Source of the DNA: Oculina patagonica
Taxonomy: Eukaryota
Direction of reading: 5' to 3'
DNA length: 64,000 nucleotides
Assembly (NCBI RefSeq): GCF_052425735.1
Contig: NC_135763.1
Coordinates: 14,508,001-14,572,000, forward strand
How positions within the stretch are numbered: position 1 is the first letter of the stretch; each line of letters begins with the position of its first letter. Under the pieces are notes generated by a model. The model was not told where the DNA came from, did no database searches, and saw nothing but the letters and a program-made list of their open reading frames with translations. The position numbers and the translations under genes were made by a program. Below are positions 31,814 to 45,031 of this stretch, one piece after another.

Positions 31814-32870
31814 ATGGCTTTCAATATAGGCAGCACTGCCAATACGAGCAGTGAAAATTCTGCTTTTCAATTCAAGACCTTTTGGCAACTTAAATTGACG
31901 GCGTATTTTATTGTCTTTGGAACTTCCTTCGTAGGAAACACTCTGGTCATAGCAGTCCACGCGATTTTTAAAAACAACAACAACGTTAACAACAGAATGA
32001 AGGCTTCAAGCAATTACTTTTTGGTGAATATGGCGGTGGCGGATCTATTGGTGACCGTTTTCAACATGCCGGTAGAATTGAAGGCTGTCTTCGTTGGACC
32101 AACATGGCTAGTTTCTGGTTCACTGGGGCTCGTGCTTTGCAAATGCTACACTTTTTGCTGGTTCCAGGCAGTGAATGTTTCAACAGGCAGCCTGTCAGCC
32201 ATTGCGATAGATCGTTTCCTTCTTGTGTTTTACCCTTACAAGAAAATAATTACTCGACGCGCCGCGAATATTATCATTGCTTCAATATGGATGACCGCGT
32301 TTTTCTTCACCCTGCCGCTACTTGTAGCCTACCGAATCAAATTCGAAAACGGCGCGAGAATCTGTTATCCAGAATTTGACGGGAACAGCGTATACTTAAT
32401 TGTCAACTTTGTAGCTTTTGTCGGAACGCCCTTAGCTATAATGAGTATTCTATACACTGCCTTGAGCGTGAAACTTTGGTTAAAGAAACCAGTCGTGAAC
32501 CAAATGAGAATCTCATCAGCGGGATGAGAAGATGAACAGAAAGATAACTGTCATGTTGATCATGATTGTTTTGACATTTGCACTTTGTTGGCTTCCGTAT
32601 TGGATCTGCACCATTTACTGCTATACTACTAAGTCTACCCCAGTCTGCCACGGTTACCAGCTTAACTTTGTCACAAAGTTCTTGGGCTTCAGTAATTCCG
32701 CATTTAACCCGTGCATATACTTCTCCTTTAGCGAAAGTTTTCGTCAAGGCGCCAAAGAGTTATGGAAGAGATTTCACTGCTCACTCCCTTGTAAACAAGC
32801 TGAGATTTTTCCAGCTTCTACTAATACCGAGTCATTGCCAGTGAGGGGTACTGCTGCATTGCCGAACTGA
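31814..32870 (+). pseudogene. Class A (rhodopsin-like) GPCR, neuropeptide-receptor-like, intronless, one frameshift in ICL3 (pseudogene or sequence error)
   Basis: TM1 GN, TM2 NMAVADLL, TM3 C..IAIDRF, TM4 W..P, TM5 P in 31814-32527; TM6 FALCWLP and TM7 SNSAFNPCIY..SFR in a shifted frame (32532-32870). Confidence 0.85.
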
Positions 32871-33725
32871 ACTATGGGTAGAGAGCTCAAATCTGACTGC
32901 GTGTTGACTACGCGTGCGCCATACCTACTTCGTCCCAGGTCCCTCTCTAGAAGTCTTTCACAACAGGCCCCGGGTGTGAAAGCCGACGAACGCCTTACCG
33001 CGAGTTAAGGTTCACAAAGTCCACTGAATAAGAGAAATCATTATTCACACCTGACAAATTCGAATTTGATAACCCTGGATTACCTAAATTCAGCGTCAAG
33101 CAACCAGGTCCTGGGTGAAGAAACACACTGTGAAAGAATAATACACGACAAGAGAACAACTGCGAACAAGCGAACTGGTGAATTTGTTGGAGAAGAGAAA
33201 AGAAAACATTTAAGTAAATAATCCATAGACTCAACGCTTGATTGAATTTAAACATATTTATTTCATTATTCCTAACTAAATTTAAACCACCAGTAATATT
33301 TATCCTTGTATATAAAACCAATTTATAACCCCATTCATGTATCACTTCATCAAATCCGTCAGGTGTCAAAGCCAGGCGAGGTTACACAGAGTAAACTCGT
33401 CCGCCATATTATTAAAAAAAATCACTGCACTTAGAATGGACAGAGAACAAGATAAATAACCTAAAAACCAACTTATCTCACTAACAGTTAAGGTACCTGA
33501 GTCAAGACATCTTAAATGAGAATATTTTTTCCCTATGTCAACTTTATTTTTGGTTAAGTGAGGTTATTTCCTCGAATAATAGGTTGGTATTATGATTTTA
33601 ATTCGAGCTGAGTTGACATGTTTTAATACTTCATATATTTTCCTCCAAATAAGTGGATCATTATTCGAGCGCGGTCAAAATTCAATCGGGAGGAGGGGGT
33701 CGTTATCCGAGGAAGAACGGTACAT

Positions 33726-36700
33726 TTATAACAATTTGTACAAGTAAAAAGTACGATTTTCAAAAACTTTCTTAAAATACGGACTAAAACTCTTGACGTC
33801 TGTTTTTATAGCTTTACAGAAACGAGGAACACTTGTTAACTGTAATCCTTCTTCCATTTGGCCGCCCTCGATCACGTGACCATTGTCCAAGTCGAGAAGG
33901 TCTTTAAGCCTGCAACCTTTCTCTTGCTGCGAGAGACAGATACTGTTCTCTAATATGATGTAGTCTGTGCCGTGTTGACGTAGAATTTCGAAAACTTCCT
34001 TGGGAGTTCGCCGTGCGTAAATTTGATAAACCTAAAGCGGAGAAAGTTGCACCAAGTGTTAGTTTATTTTCATTGAACACCATATCGATAAAAAATTGTC
34101 ATCACTATAACAAGCGAAAGGCAAAAATTGTAAAATTCTCGCATTATGTTAGGGCTGGAAAGTCATGGGTTCGACTGCTAGGAGCCTCAGAATTTTACTT
34201 TCTTAAGCCTGGTTCTCATACGATCGTCCCGATCGTCTCTGTCGCTTCTGTCGCTTCAAAAAGTTTGCTTGCTCCAATCACCTCAGACTTTGTAAACGAC
34301 AGAAGCGACAGAGACGATCGGGGCGATCATATGAGAACCAGCCTTTAATAGTTTGACTTGAGAACGCTTCTTCATTTATTTGACCTTATCCAAGTCATCA
34401 TTCCACTTAGAGCAGTTTTCAATTGAGTGTCATAACACCAAAACCAAAATCAAAAGCAAAGTAATTACTCTAGCCAATCACAAAGAACACAGACAATTCA
34501 GTGAACCAATCAAAACTCAAAGCAAATAGATGTAGCCGGCACGAAGCGCGGGAAAACGTGCGTGCGCGGGTCACGATTGGTTTTGGTTTTACTTCTGACT
34601 GGCTGAGAAAGTGGCGCGAGATTTTTAAACCAATCACTAAGCATAGCAATGCAAAACCAAAGCAAACGCAATTAACTTTCGACACTCAAGTGAAAACTGC
34701 TCTATCATTTATCATTATTAGTAATTATGATTTCAAGCGGTTTTTCTTGCAATATAACGGTAATTCATTAAGGTTCAGGCCTCTCAGCTAATTTAGCATC
34801 TCACAATCCAACTTATCATCTACACCTACAGCAAGACAGTAAAAATCGCGAGATATCGCACCAACTGTAAAAACCTAAATAAAAACTAATACAGTAGGAT
34901 ATTAAAAAATGTAAATATCTAAATAAAACTGGCTAATACAATGAAATATTAAAAACTAACTAAGATTTAAATATCTACGGACATTGTATTCACAATATCC
35001 TCTGGAAGGGAGTTCCATTCATTGATTGTTTGTCGGAAGAAAGAAAACTTTTTAAAAAATGTAGAATTGGTTTCCCTGGGTTTCCTTGTGGGGTTTTGGG
35101 GGGTTGGGGGGGGGGGGGGGGGTGGGGAAAAATTGAGGGATTTTTTTAAAATGGGGGGGGTTTTTTTTTGGGGGGGGGGCGGTATCTTTCTTTGCCCTAA
35201 GAACTACAAACGTAAAAGCGTGGCTCCCATGGGTTCTTCTTTCATTATTCATTCTTTTATTATTTTTCATGATTACCTGTTTCGTTCGTTCTCTAAGGAA
35301 CTTGTTCTCATAATGTGGGTGATTCGTGATATGTCTGTCTGTACACAGCTTCACGCCAGCCAGTAGCTGCATGCTGCCCGTGAATGAAGCGTCTGGAGGC
35401 GTATTCGCACTAGAAACAAACATTATCCTTTAAAGGGGTTTTGTCATGGATTTTAATAGATATTTGAACAGCCAAAATATATATCTGTGTCGTAAGAAAC
35501 CTAAACATAATGGTCGATTTTTATTAACAATTGCTATATTACAGCACTGAAACTGTTAACAAGCGACGTCATCTCGTTGAGGATGGCTAGGATGGAAATA
35601 GATTACAGTTAAGGCTAAACGTTTCACTTTGTTTCTGTGTATCTTTAAAAACAATCGACATTTATAGCCGTGGTTTGATTTCTATCTGTAAATTAAGATT
35701 ATATCCTCCTTTGAATGTTCAAAGAGAACAGTTTAGACAAAATTCACCGAAAACCCCATAACGTAACTCCTTTAAGTGAAAAGCTGGAACAGTTTACTAC
35801 ATTTTTTCAAACGTAGTTGACAAATTTGGTGATAGAGTGGACGATTTTACACGGCACATTGCCATGAGTGCTTTTTAACCTCATAAAAGGAACCGCCCAG
35901 ATAAATGATGAACACATCTTATAAAAGCGTATGACGGAATGAAATTAAATTCGTGATTTGAAAGTGTTGATATACTTCACACTAAGCCACCGTTATTTTC
36001 GTCAATTTTTATGAAAAGCAAAAAAAATCAACCGGAAGAGATTGCTTGTTGCCATAACGGTTGGTCATATAACTGCGATTGAACGGTCGCTAAACTTACT
36101 TTATCCATTTCATCAGCTCCACCGTGTCAGGATCGTAGAATTCTCTCAGATCTTCAAGATCTTTCAACGCTTTCGGGAGCCGCTACACAAGAAAAAGAAA
36201 AGATTTCAAAGAACACTTAATACTCTCAAATGCGGCTTTCAACTAGCCTGTGTACAGCCGCCCCCCTCTTTTTTCAACTTAATTTATCTCGGATTAAAGG
36301 TACCGGGAAGCGACGAAAAACAACTCAAAAAGTAATTAGAAGCAAGTTTAACTGCAAACAATAATTTCACACAAACTTTAATGGGAAGGCTTCTACTTGA
36401 AACGTTGCTATTTCGGTTTGAAACAAAAAAGAAAAGCAACTTTTGTTCGACAAGAAACTTACATTGGACAGCAAAAGGGCAAGAAGCATCGCAGGAACTA
36501 TATGGCCCATGACCTTTGCCTGCAAAGTGAAAAATCAAAATAGCCTTCATGACAAAGAGACCGTAAAAAATATATATTATGAGATCAAGAAATACAAGTG
36601 AAATCAATGTTGGTAACTTGGAGATAATAAAAAAGTATCCATACGAGCCTAGTGGCCCATTAGGCCAGACCTTATCCCGCTTTCCGTAGCACGAAGCGAC

Positions 36701-39700
36701 TAGGAGTATGTCTACATCCCCCTGGATGGGATGCTACTCCATTGCAAGGTTACCCCCAGTAGTAAATTCACCGGTACCCATTTATACATCTGGGTGAAGA
36801 GAGGCACTGTGAGAGTTAGGTGTCTTGCCCAAGAACACAACACAATGACCCCAGCTAGGGCGCGAACCCGGACCGCTCGATCCAGAGTCAAGCGCGCTAA
36901 CCATTAGGCCACTGCGCCTCCAACTCGGTGATTACACAGTCAACATGATGTTATTCCTCAAGTAATCATGTAACATCTGCCAGTCATTCCAATGAAAAAG
37001 CAGCTCGTTATTCGGCAAGGCTGTTGCTAAGTAACATGACACATTCTGTTGATGTCGGAGTGTATGTTCTATTTCTGATTGGATAGTAAAAATCGGAATT
37101 TCTACGAGTACGAAGATCTTCCGAGGACTGCGGACACTCACGTAAATGTGTTTGATTCCTATCTTGTTTAGCGCTGCTTTCCAGAAGGATTGGTTACAAA
37201 AAACACCTGCGGCAAACAGGCACATGTGCGGTGTCCAAAGAAACTTGAAGCGAAGAGTAGAGATGGCCAGAGCACCAAAGAACACACTTTGGATGGCTTG
37301 GTACACTACTTCAGGATGAGAGTTGAGGAAAACAGGACTTGCTTCTTCTGAAGTTTCTTCGCTTTTTCTGCTGAAAAGTCAGTTGAAAGAAAATGTTTAG
37401 AATGTCATGAAAGTAAAACAAAAAAAGATGAACAAGCTTCTCTTAATTTGCCTTTCTTACAAAAAATGCTGTACCAGCGGCAGCAGGGGTTCTTAGCTGG
37501 ACGTGCGTACAGGCGTGAATTGTAACTGGCTATACGTGCGTACATGAAATAGACCTTATGTGGAAAAAAATCGTCTGTTCGCGGGTATAAATTACGCGTC
37601 GGTGGAAATCCACCTTAACGCTTCTCTTCTCTCTCCAGTACAGGAACCTTCAATAGAAAATTAAAAACAAACATGGCATTCAGCTGAAGGGAACAAATAC
37701 TGATTTAGGTGAGCATTAATTTCATTAGATGATGCTGGGCTAACGAGTTACAATCTACTCGGGTCTGAAATCGGAGTTTTCTGTCTGCCAGATGAGCTAC
37801 CTTACCGGCTTACAAGGCTCATCTGCCAGAGTACACTGGTCATAGGGTGCTAGCGGGCTTGTATAGGGTTCAGTTAAATTAGGGGAATTTTCCCAGTGGC
37901 ACTTCTTTTTTTTTTCTCTTAATGACTCAAAGAAAAGTGCAACTTACCTCCAGTTAACGAACACTGTATAGGCCAACAGACACAAAACAGCCACAAGGGA
38001 CACGACATAACACGGGAACACTACGCCAGTGGTTAGTCTGGAGTACATATCCGTGGGAAGAAATTTGAAGGCTCCTTCACAAAGATACAAAAGCGAATCG
38101 AAATCCCTGGGGAACAATCAGACAAAAGTGATTAGAAAACTTGTTATGGTCTCTCTCGACACCACAAATCTATCACAAAAGTTTTTTTTCTCATCCCATT
38201 CTTATAGTCCAATCAGATTACATCATGAACACTTCCGAGTCACCACATCAGATTGGCTTTTTAAAGACAAAGCGGTGAAAAAAGTTAAGTATTTTAGTAT
38301 TTTTAAATTAGTGTTTGTAAATGTTATTAGGGGATAGTTTTGACATGATAAAAAAATTTTTTTGTTTTTTTTAAAATGGTTAAAAAAGTGAAAAAAATTT
38401 TTTTATCGCGATTTATAACTTAGCACCTTTAATTAACACGACCCCGCAAGCGAAAGCTTTAATTTATATCGTGGATAAATAAAAGGTATCATATCGTATA
38501 GTATTGTCTAACTGGCATACCTTCCAATACCGTAGCCAAACTTTGACTTGAGAAACTTAAAGATGTGTTCATCTGACTCTATTCTCATAACAACCTGCAA
38601 TAAACGACAACTGCAAGTAATTAACTTCCAGATCATAAATTTTTAACTTTTTTAATATTTAAGTAAGGTACTTCAGTAATTGAATGAAGGAGGCACTGTG
38701 AGAGTGAAATGCCCAATCTCAAACACAACACGGCAACCATTTTCCCTCAGAGGTGGTATACAGTGCCATAAAGCTGTTTTGCTGCCCATCATAATAATAA
38801 CCTTTATTTAATCACGATCTGTTTTAAAGCAAATACATGCTTCAACAGAAGAAACCTACTAAAGTGCTCTGCGCTGCACTGTCTACAGAACCAGTCCTGG
38901 ACCAATCAGATTCAATAACTCTGTTAGAGCGGTTTTCACTTGAGTGTCGAAAGTAAATTGCGTTTGCTTTGGTTTTGCACTACTATGCTTAGTGATTGGC
39001 TTAAAAATCTCGCGCCACTTTCTCAGCCAATCAGAACTAAAACCAAAACCAATCGTGACTCGCTCGCGCACGTTTTCCCGCACTTCGTGCCGGCTACATG
39101 TATTTGCTTCGAGTTTTGATTGGTTCACTGCATTGTCTGTGTCCTTTGTGATTGGCCAGAGTAATTACTTTGGTTTTGGTTTTACGACACTCAATTGAAA
39201 ACTGCTCTATTTACAAAAATTAGTACAGTAATACCAAAACATACCTTTATAAGAAAGCTAATTCCTCCAGCCAATAGCAAGACAGCAATAATATTGAGGA
39301 CAAGTTTAAATACTCTAACAAAGAAATTTTCATTTGAATTTCCTTCACCCTGAAACGCAACCACAGCAAAAACGTGTCGAGACAAAGCAGGTTGACAGAC
39401 AAGTAACTTCTTGACACTTTAAATTTGTCTTTGCAATATTAAAACATTGCCATTATCTTAATGTACAGTTTGCTTGGCAGGGCAGTTGCATGCTTGTATC
39501 AGTTTACTTGTTTTACAATTTTAAAATCAGCAGATAACTTTAAAAGAAATAAAATAAAAATAACAAATTATGTATTTAGCACTGTCTTACAATTGTGGAC
39601 ACTGTAAATAAATAAACGAATATTGCAAATCGAACATAAACTTGTTAAAAACGCCAACTGGCAGGAGGCTAACCAGTTGGCTATATTCACAAAGTGTAGA

Positions 39701-42700
39701 GGAGTTGAATTCGGGACGAGTGAAGACAAATCCATCTATTGACAGGAAGGTGGATTTGAATCCGGGGTCTCCAGATTACAAGTCCAGAACCCTACCACTA
39801 GGAGGCCACACCGCCTCCAGGGCCCTTGCCCATCAAGCAAGTATGAAAAAAGTCACTTGGCCAGCTGGAAAATTTACTTGTCTGGAAGGAACTAACAGCA
39901 TTTTTTCAAGCCCCGCATCACATAAATGGACATAACTGCACAAACGGAAGTAAAACTCACATGAAAAGTCATGAGGACCACTGAAGCAACAGCAAAACTC
40001 AGCGCAAGGGAACAAAGAATCATGTCATTGACAAACTGCAGGATGCACACACTGATCAGGGAGCCAATCACTATCAAGTAAAGACTACGAGCCTGAAACA
40101 ATAATTAAAATACAGGATAACATTTTTGTAACAAATGCATGGACAACATCAGAAAATACTGAATTGCATTGAACTGCAGCTAAAAACAGTAAATTGAAAG
40201 TCTTCTTGAAGCAACTGTGAATCAGTTGCAATTTCAGAAAGGCTTATAACTCAATTTTTTTTCCTGGCCATCAGTGCAGTTGATAAGTTGCTTTAAAAAT
40301 CTTGTACCTCAAGTCTTCTTTCTCTGCGCAAGCTTGACAAAACAACTGCTGGTCAAGGGGAATGAAGACTGGTGGGATGAGGTTGGGTTGTTTTGCTTCC
40401 CATTAAAATTTACGTTTGTAGTAATATATTGTTTCCAATTTCTCCTTACCTTGTACTTGGGAATAAAGCCAAGTGAATAAGTTCCAAAGAATGCCATAGA
40501 TTCCAGCAAGAGAATGAACTGAGCAAACTGCCAGACTAATGTGAAGAAAAATGTTGAAACTGCTATGCCCACCAAGCATATTGTCTGGAAAAAGACAAAC
40601 AAATTACAATTGACAGGAAAAAATTAGATCCGACTTTGACACTTTGCTGACAGACACTGATGCAACACTTACTGTGGGGTGTAACTACCAACTACCAACC
40701 CCCCCCCCCCCCCAGTACTAAACTTATTTTTACCAGGTTGAACATTGATCTGAAAATCTTTCAGTTTGTCACTCTTGGAAGTGCTACATGTCACTTTAAG
40801 TACACAATGCCAGGATTTAGAGGCCTTATATTTGGTGGGAAATTGTGTTTTGGAGGAGGTGGCAGAAAATTAAGGTACAGAATTTGAGACAATATACCGT
40901 AAATGTTGTTTATACCCCCCCCCCCTCCCGACACTCCCCGCTTATAAGCCCCCCACCCCCAGTTTATAGGCTCGTTTACCTGTAAACAAGAAAAAATGCA
41001 TCCAATTGTAAGCCCCCCTAGATACAAGCCCCCCTCTGCCCGAAGACAGTGCTGAACAGGCTAAATGTTGTTTTATTATGCATTTTTGACTCAAAAATGC
41101 ATTTCAATCAACACTCATGTGGCTCATTTCGAAAAAAGTTTTGAATTTTGCTTATATTAGTCCTTTCCGGATAAAAACCCCTCCACTTATAAGCCCACAC
41201 AAAACCCCTTACGAAGTAGTATAAGCCTAGGGCTTATAACCAGAATTTTACGGTATCTAATCAGAATAATTTTTTAAAGAGAAATAATACCTGTGCAAGC
41301 GAAGAAACATTTTTCTTGAAAAAGAAGGTAATAAATGCAATCTGTGCAAACAGGAATGGAAATCCAAAACTCTCACGAAGGGGAATCGTAAATGATATTC
41401 TTGTAGTATCATCCCTGGAACACAATGGAAAAATACTTAGTTTTGCTTTAACATATCAGTGGACCACAGAGGCAGTTCTTCAATGGCCGGGTGTCTGGCC
41501 TCAGAAAGGAGGAGTGGGCTGAGGAGGGTCACGAAGAACTTGTTTGCCAGATGGTTTCCAATAAGGGAACAAATATAAAAGGCAGGAAAACTTTTAAACA
41601 CTTTCTAACAAAGGTCTGTTCTCTTGATGAAATTACTTACTTGTTAAAAATGTAAAAACATGCTGAAAGCAGTCCAGCTACCCAAGAACCACTCAATATC
41701 CAGGATGACGCAAACAAAGACACCATGTACATTCCATGTAAGCCAAAGATAGTATCGATATAAAAATAGACATATTCAACTGACCCCTTGAAACAAGAAA
41801 ACAGAAATTAAAACTTTTAACATAAAGGAACAAGTTGCAGGGACACTTAATAGCTTTCCACATTGCTACAATGTGTCACAAGAACTAAAACCCTGCTATA
41901 TTTTCTTGCCTTCATACATGCTGTTATTTCCCCTTATAGCCAGCATAGCTTGGCATTCTAGTCAGTCGGGGAGAGTGGGAAATCGCGTGCGCGAACAAAG
42001 CGATGGCAGAAGGCAGAAGGAAAGAAAGAACACCAGCCGCCAGACGCCTCTTAAATGGGAGAAATCTTTTGAATTAGCGGCCTCCAGAGGCTGCTAATTC
42101 TCATTGGCTAAAATCGCTTATCTGTCAGGACTGTGATTGGTTCGTTGGCTTTAATTTATTCCAAATGACTCATTCGCATGCACGCAACATTCAGGCCGCT
42201 CAATTAGCATGTGACAAGTGACGAGTGAAGCAAAGCAGTGTGAATTACACATGGATGCTATTGCAGGCAAACTTCGGGATTTACATTTAAAAACCGAACA
42301 AGAGCAAGTGGTGAGAAATCTGTATCTGGGAAAAGACGTCCTTGCCGTTCTGCCTACTGGATTCGGCAAGAGCCGCATTTATCAAGCGTTTTCTTTACTG
42401 AAAAGCTGTGAAAATACCGTTGCTACATTGATTGTCATGTCACTCCATTAACAAGTATTATTGAAGACCAGTTGGCCGACTTGCGCTAGTCGCGAGGTAT
42501 TCGTGCTGCTGTGTTGTCTTCTTTAAGTTCAGCTGAATTAGGAGAATGCAGTTTATAGAAATACTCTGCTCAGAAGAGGAAGTAATTACCAAGGAGTTTA
42601 CCAGTCTTCTCTGGAGGCCGCTAATTCGAAAGATTTTTCCCGTTTAAGAGGCATCTGGCGGCTGGCGTTCTTTCTTTCCTTCTGCCTTCCGCCGTCGCTT

Positions 42701-43851
42701 TGCTCGCGCGCGCGATTTCTCGCTCTCCCCAACTGACTAGAATGCCAAGGTACGCTGGCTATTCCCCTTATCATGTCACAGACGTGTCCCTACAGCATGT
42801 CGTTGAGTCTCAGGAACCTTTTGTGATGGGTTTTTCATCATTCACATTAATACTAGTTTACCATTGTTACCACTAGGGATACTAAGAAAATTTGCTCAAG
42901 GCATACTGGTATATCATAAGGGAGATGGAGTAGTTGTTACTCAGGCTAAATCAAGTGTAAAATAACCACTAGATAATTTGATGGCTTGGTATTTCAGCTT
43001 AACATTCATTTGGCTATTTTGTTAACTTTTCTGAAGGAAACAAAAGTTTTATAGGGGCTTTAGACCATTCTAAGGATATGTGAACAGCTAACATAATTTG
43101 TGGCTCGCTAAAAATACTTTTTTCCTTACAAATTTAAATACCGGTATATTATACATTATAATAACCCAACAAATTAATTTTTGAACTGCAACCAAGGATG
43201 AGACATATTAAAAGTGTAAAATAGCGTTCTCTGGTTCCCCCATAAAAAGTTAAGAAAAAGAAGTTCAAAATTTACCTGTATTGGTAAAATTCTGTAAAGT
43301 GCTGCCAGGATAACTTCTTGATAAATATTAAATCTCTCTAATATGTTAATAGTCCTCAGATGCTCTGTTTTGTTGTCATGCATAACATCATAAATACCTG
43401 CAACATAATTTGCATGAAACGACAGTTTAAAAACATTTATCCTAGGCTTACTCTTTGGTGGATTAAAATTCAGCCAGTTCTAAAAATTGCTCAACAACAG
43501 GTTTTGGCTTACCTTGTAAAAAAGATGGTGCTAATACAATCTGCTTATAATATGAAAAATATAATCCAGACTCTGTCCTGAAGGATATTTCTCTCTCTAG
43601 TTGCTGTTTTAAGGAAACAATCAAAAGAATAACAGATTTGAAATTTTATCCCTGTATCAGCTATTTATCTTAAAAGTGAAACCTTGTCAATGTGGGCAAC
43701 AAAGGCATGTAACTGACAAGGGTGGCTTCACATTTAATATAGACCGAGACAGATGACCCAAATTCTACATGTATGTGAAGTTTGAACAACACACATTATA
43801 TTTAACAGCATTTCCACTCTACTCCCCCTCCCTTTAACTCTATACCAAATA

Positions 43852-43896
<45 letters not shown>

Positions 43897-45031
43897 TTTT
43901 CCTGTTAGGTCTGAAGAAACTGTTCTAGAGCTCAGGTATGAAAAAGATAAAACCTAAAAAAATGATATAATTTAACACTCTAAAATAAGATAGGGTTTTT
44001 AGAAATTGTGAAGAATACCCCTGTCAAAACCTGGAGAAATAACTGTTCACCTTAGGGGCCAATGTAAATAAATTGAAATTAGTAAAATCCTCTCACAATT
44101 ACCAACATTGTTGCTAGGCTACAAAAATATTGGTTTAAAATGCAGCCTTTGTTAAACAATATAAAAAAATCTATAAAGATTATTTACTATTCATATGAGC
44201 CGAAGTTTAATGTGAATTTATCTTCAAAGACATCTGGTGTTAGAAGGCATTTTGGATTCTTGTTGCTCTTTCATAATTTTTTTCTCTGTCATTCGATCCC
44301 GATTCAAGAAAATTAAAAAAGGTCATTTGAATAAAAAATATTTTAAATAAAATCATTCAGAATTTAATATCAATGATATTGAACTGCTAACAAAAGTACA
44401 ATATTACATTTAAAAACAGAATAGTGCATGATTCACGAGATATAAAGAAGAAATGCTTTCATTTCAATCAATGCGAAGTGGAGACGTAAACGCATTTTTT
44501 TCACTCAACCAGTGAAGTAACTCGACCAGAGAAGACAGTTTTATTCATTCGATTCCTAAAGCGGAAGTCCGGCGATTTAAACTTAATGGCATCCCAAATC
44601 GTTGGTTGAAATTAATTTGACTTTTAAAATACAAAATGGGGAATAAAACGTTTGTCTAATCAAAGAAACAAGCAACTGTTTTCCTTACTTATATAATTTC
44701 AACAGCTGAGTTGAAATTGAAAATGGCGCACACTTTGAGCACTAAAAATATAAATTAAGGTACTAAGAAAAATAATGAAAAGTGAACTTACACCAATATT
44801 GGAAAACCACATATCATTCTCGTGAATTTCCCGTACATATAACGCGTATTTCACTCCCACAATCAAGGCGACTGCTACTCCAACAAGAAAACTGGCATAG
44901 CTGAACCATTGATCTCTGGCTTCCTTGCGCTGCAGTTCCGTGATGTGGCCTTTCGTACTCCCATTCGCATGGGACGCATGCCGATTCTTGTCTTTTCCCG
45001 GACCAGCTCGCCTTCTTCGCACTTCGGACAT
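33726..45031 (-). CDS. DPY19L3: Dpy-19-like C-mannosyltransferase, DPY19L3-like, about 15 exons (approx. 45031-44792, 43613-43513, 43397-43256, 41788-41641, 41415-41291, 40584-40450, 40092-39960, 39349-39245, 38595-38521, 38106-37947, 37370-37142, 36519-36463, 36184-36099, 35410-35276, 34031-33726)
   Basis: [191 protein letters not shown]. Confidence 0.93.
34205..34347. mobile_element. Small hairpin MITE
   Basis: aagcctggttctcatacgatcgtcccgatcgtctctgtcgcttctgtcg inverted as cgacagaagcgacagagacgatcggggcgatcatatgagaaccagcctt. Confidence 0.7.
34408..34703 (+). mobile_element. MITE with TAGAGC..GCTCTA ends
   Basis: tagagcagttttcaattgagtgtc / gacactcaagtgaaaactgctcta; closely similar inverted copy at 38925-39209. 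Confidence 0.85.
36636..36922 (-). mobile_element. Nin/Deu-type SINE
   Basis: Reverse complement of the 8039 family. Confidence 0.85.
38925..39209 (-). mobile_element. Second copy of the TAGAGC..GCTCTA MITE
   Basis: Reverse complement of 34408-34703. Confidence 0.85.
39630..39818 (-). mobile_element. tRNA-derived SINE, third family
   Basis: Reverse strand ggaggcggtgtggcc..tagtggtagg..ggacttgtaatctggagaccccggattcaaatcc..aactcc..tagccaactggttagcctcctgccagttgg; partial relative near 52990-53110. Confidence 0.6.
40896..41255. mobile_element. pogo-type MITE (same family as 17814-18141)
   Basis: ta-ccgtaaa..ataagccc.. gggcttataaccagaattttacgg-ta. Confidence 0.75.
41937..42761 (+). mobile_element. 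Non-autonomous AcademH-like element: about 150-bp TIRs, TAG..CTA ends, 9-bp TSD, RecQ helicase N-terminal fragment
   Basis: TIR tagccagc.ta.cttggcattctagtcagt.ggggagag.. at both ends; TSD ttcccctta (41928-41936, 42762-42770); internal [33 protein letters not shown] (RecQ motifs 0/I). Confidence 0.88.

Noticed and set aside
35040-35200. G/T homopolymer-rich tract as a G-quadruplex or coding segment (similar tracts at 5560-5790, 7080-7240, 38270-38420, 48590-48720)
   Set aside because: These look like low-quality read ends or gap-fill with inflated homopolymers, and their ORFs are low-complexity. They also caution that single-base lesions elsewhere may be errors.
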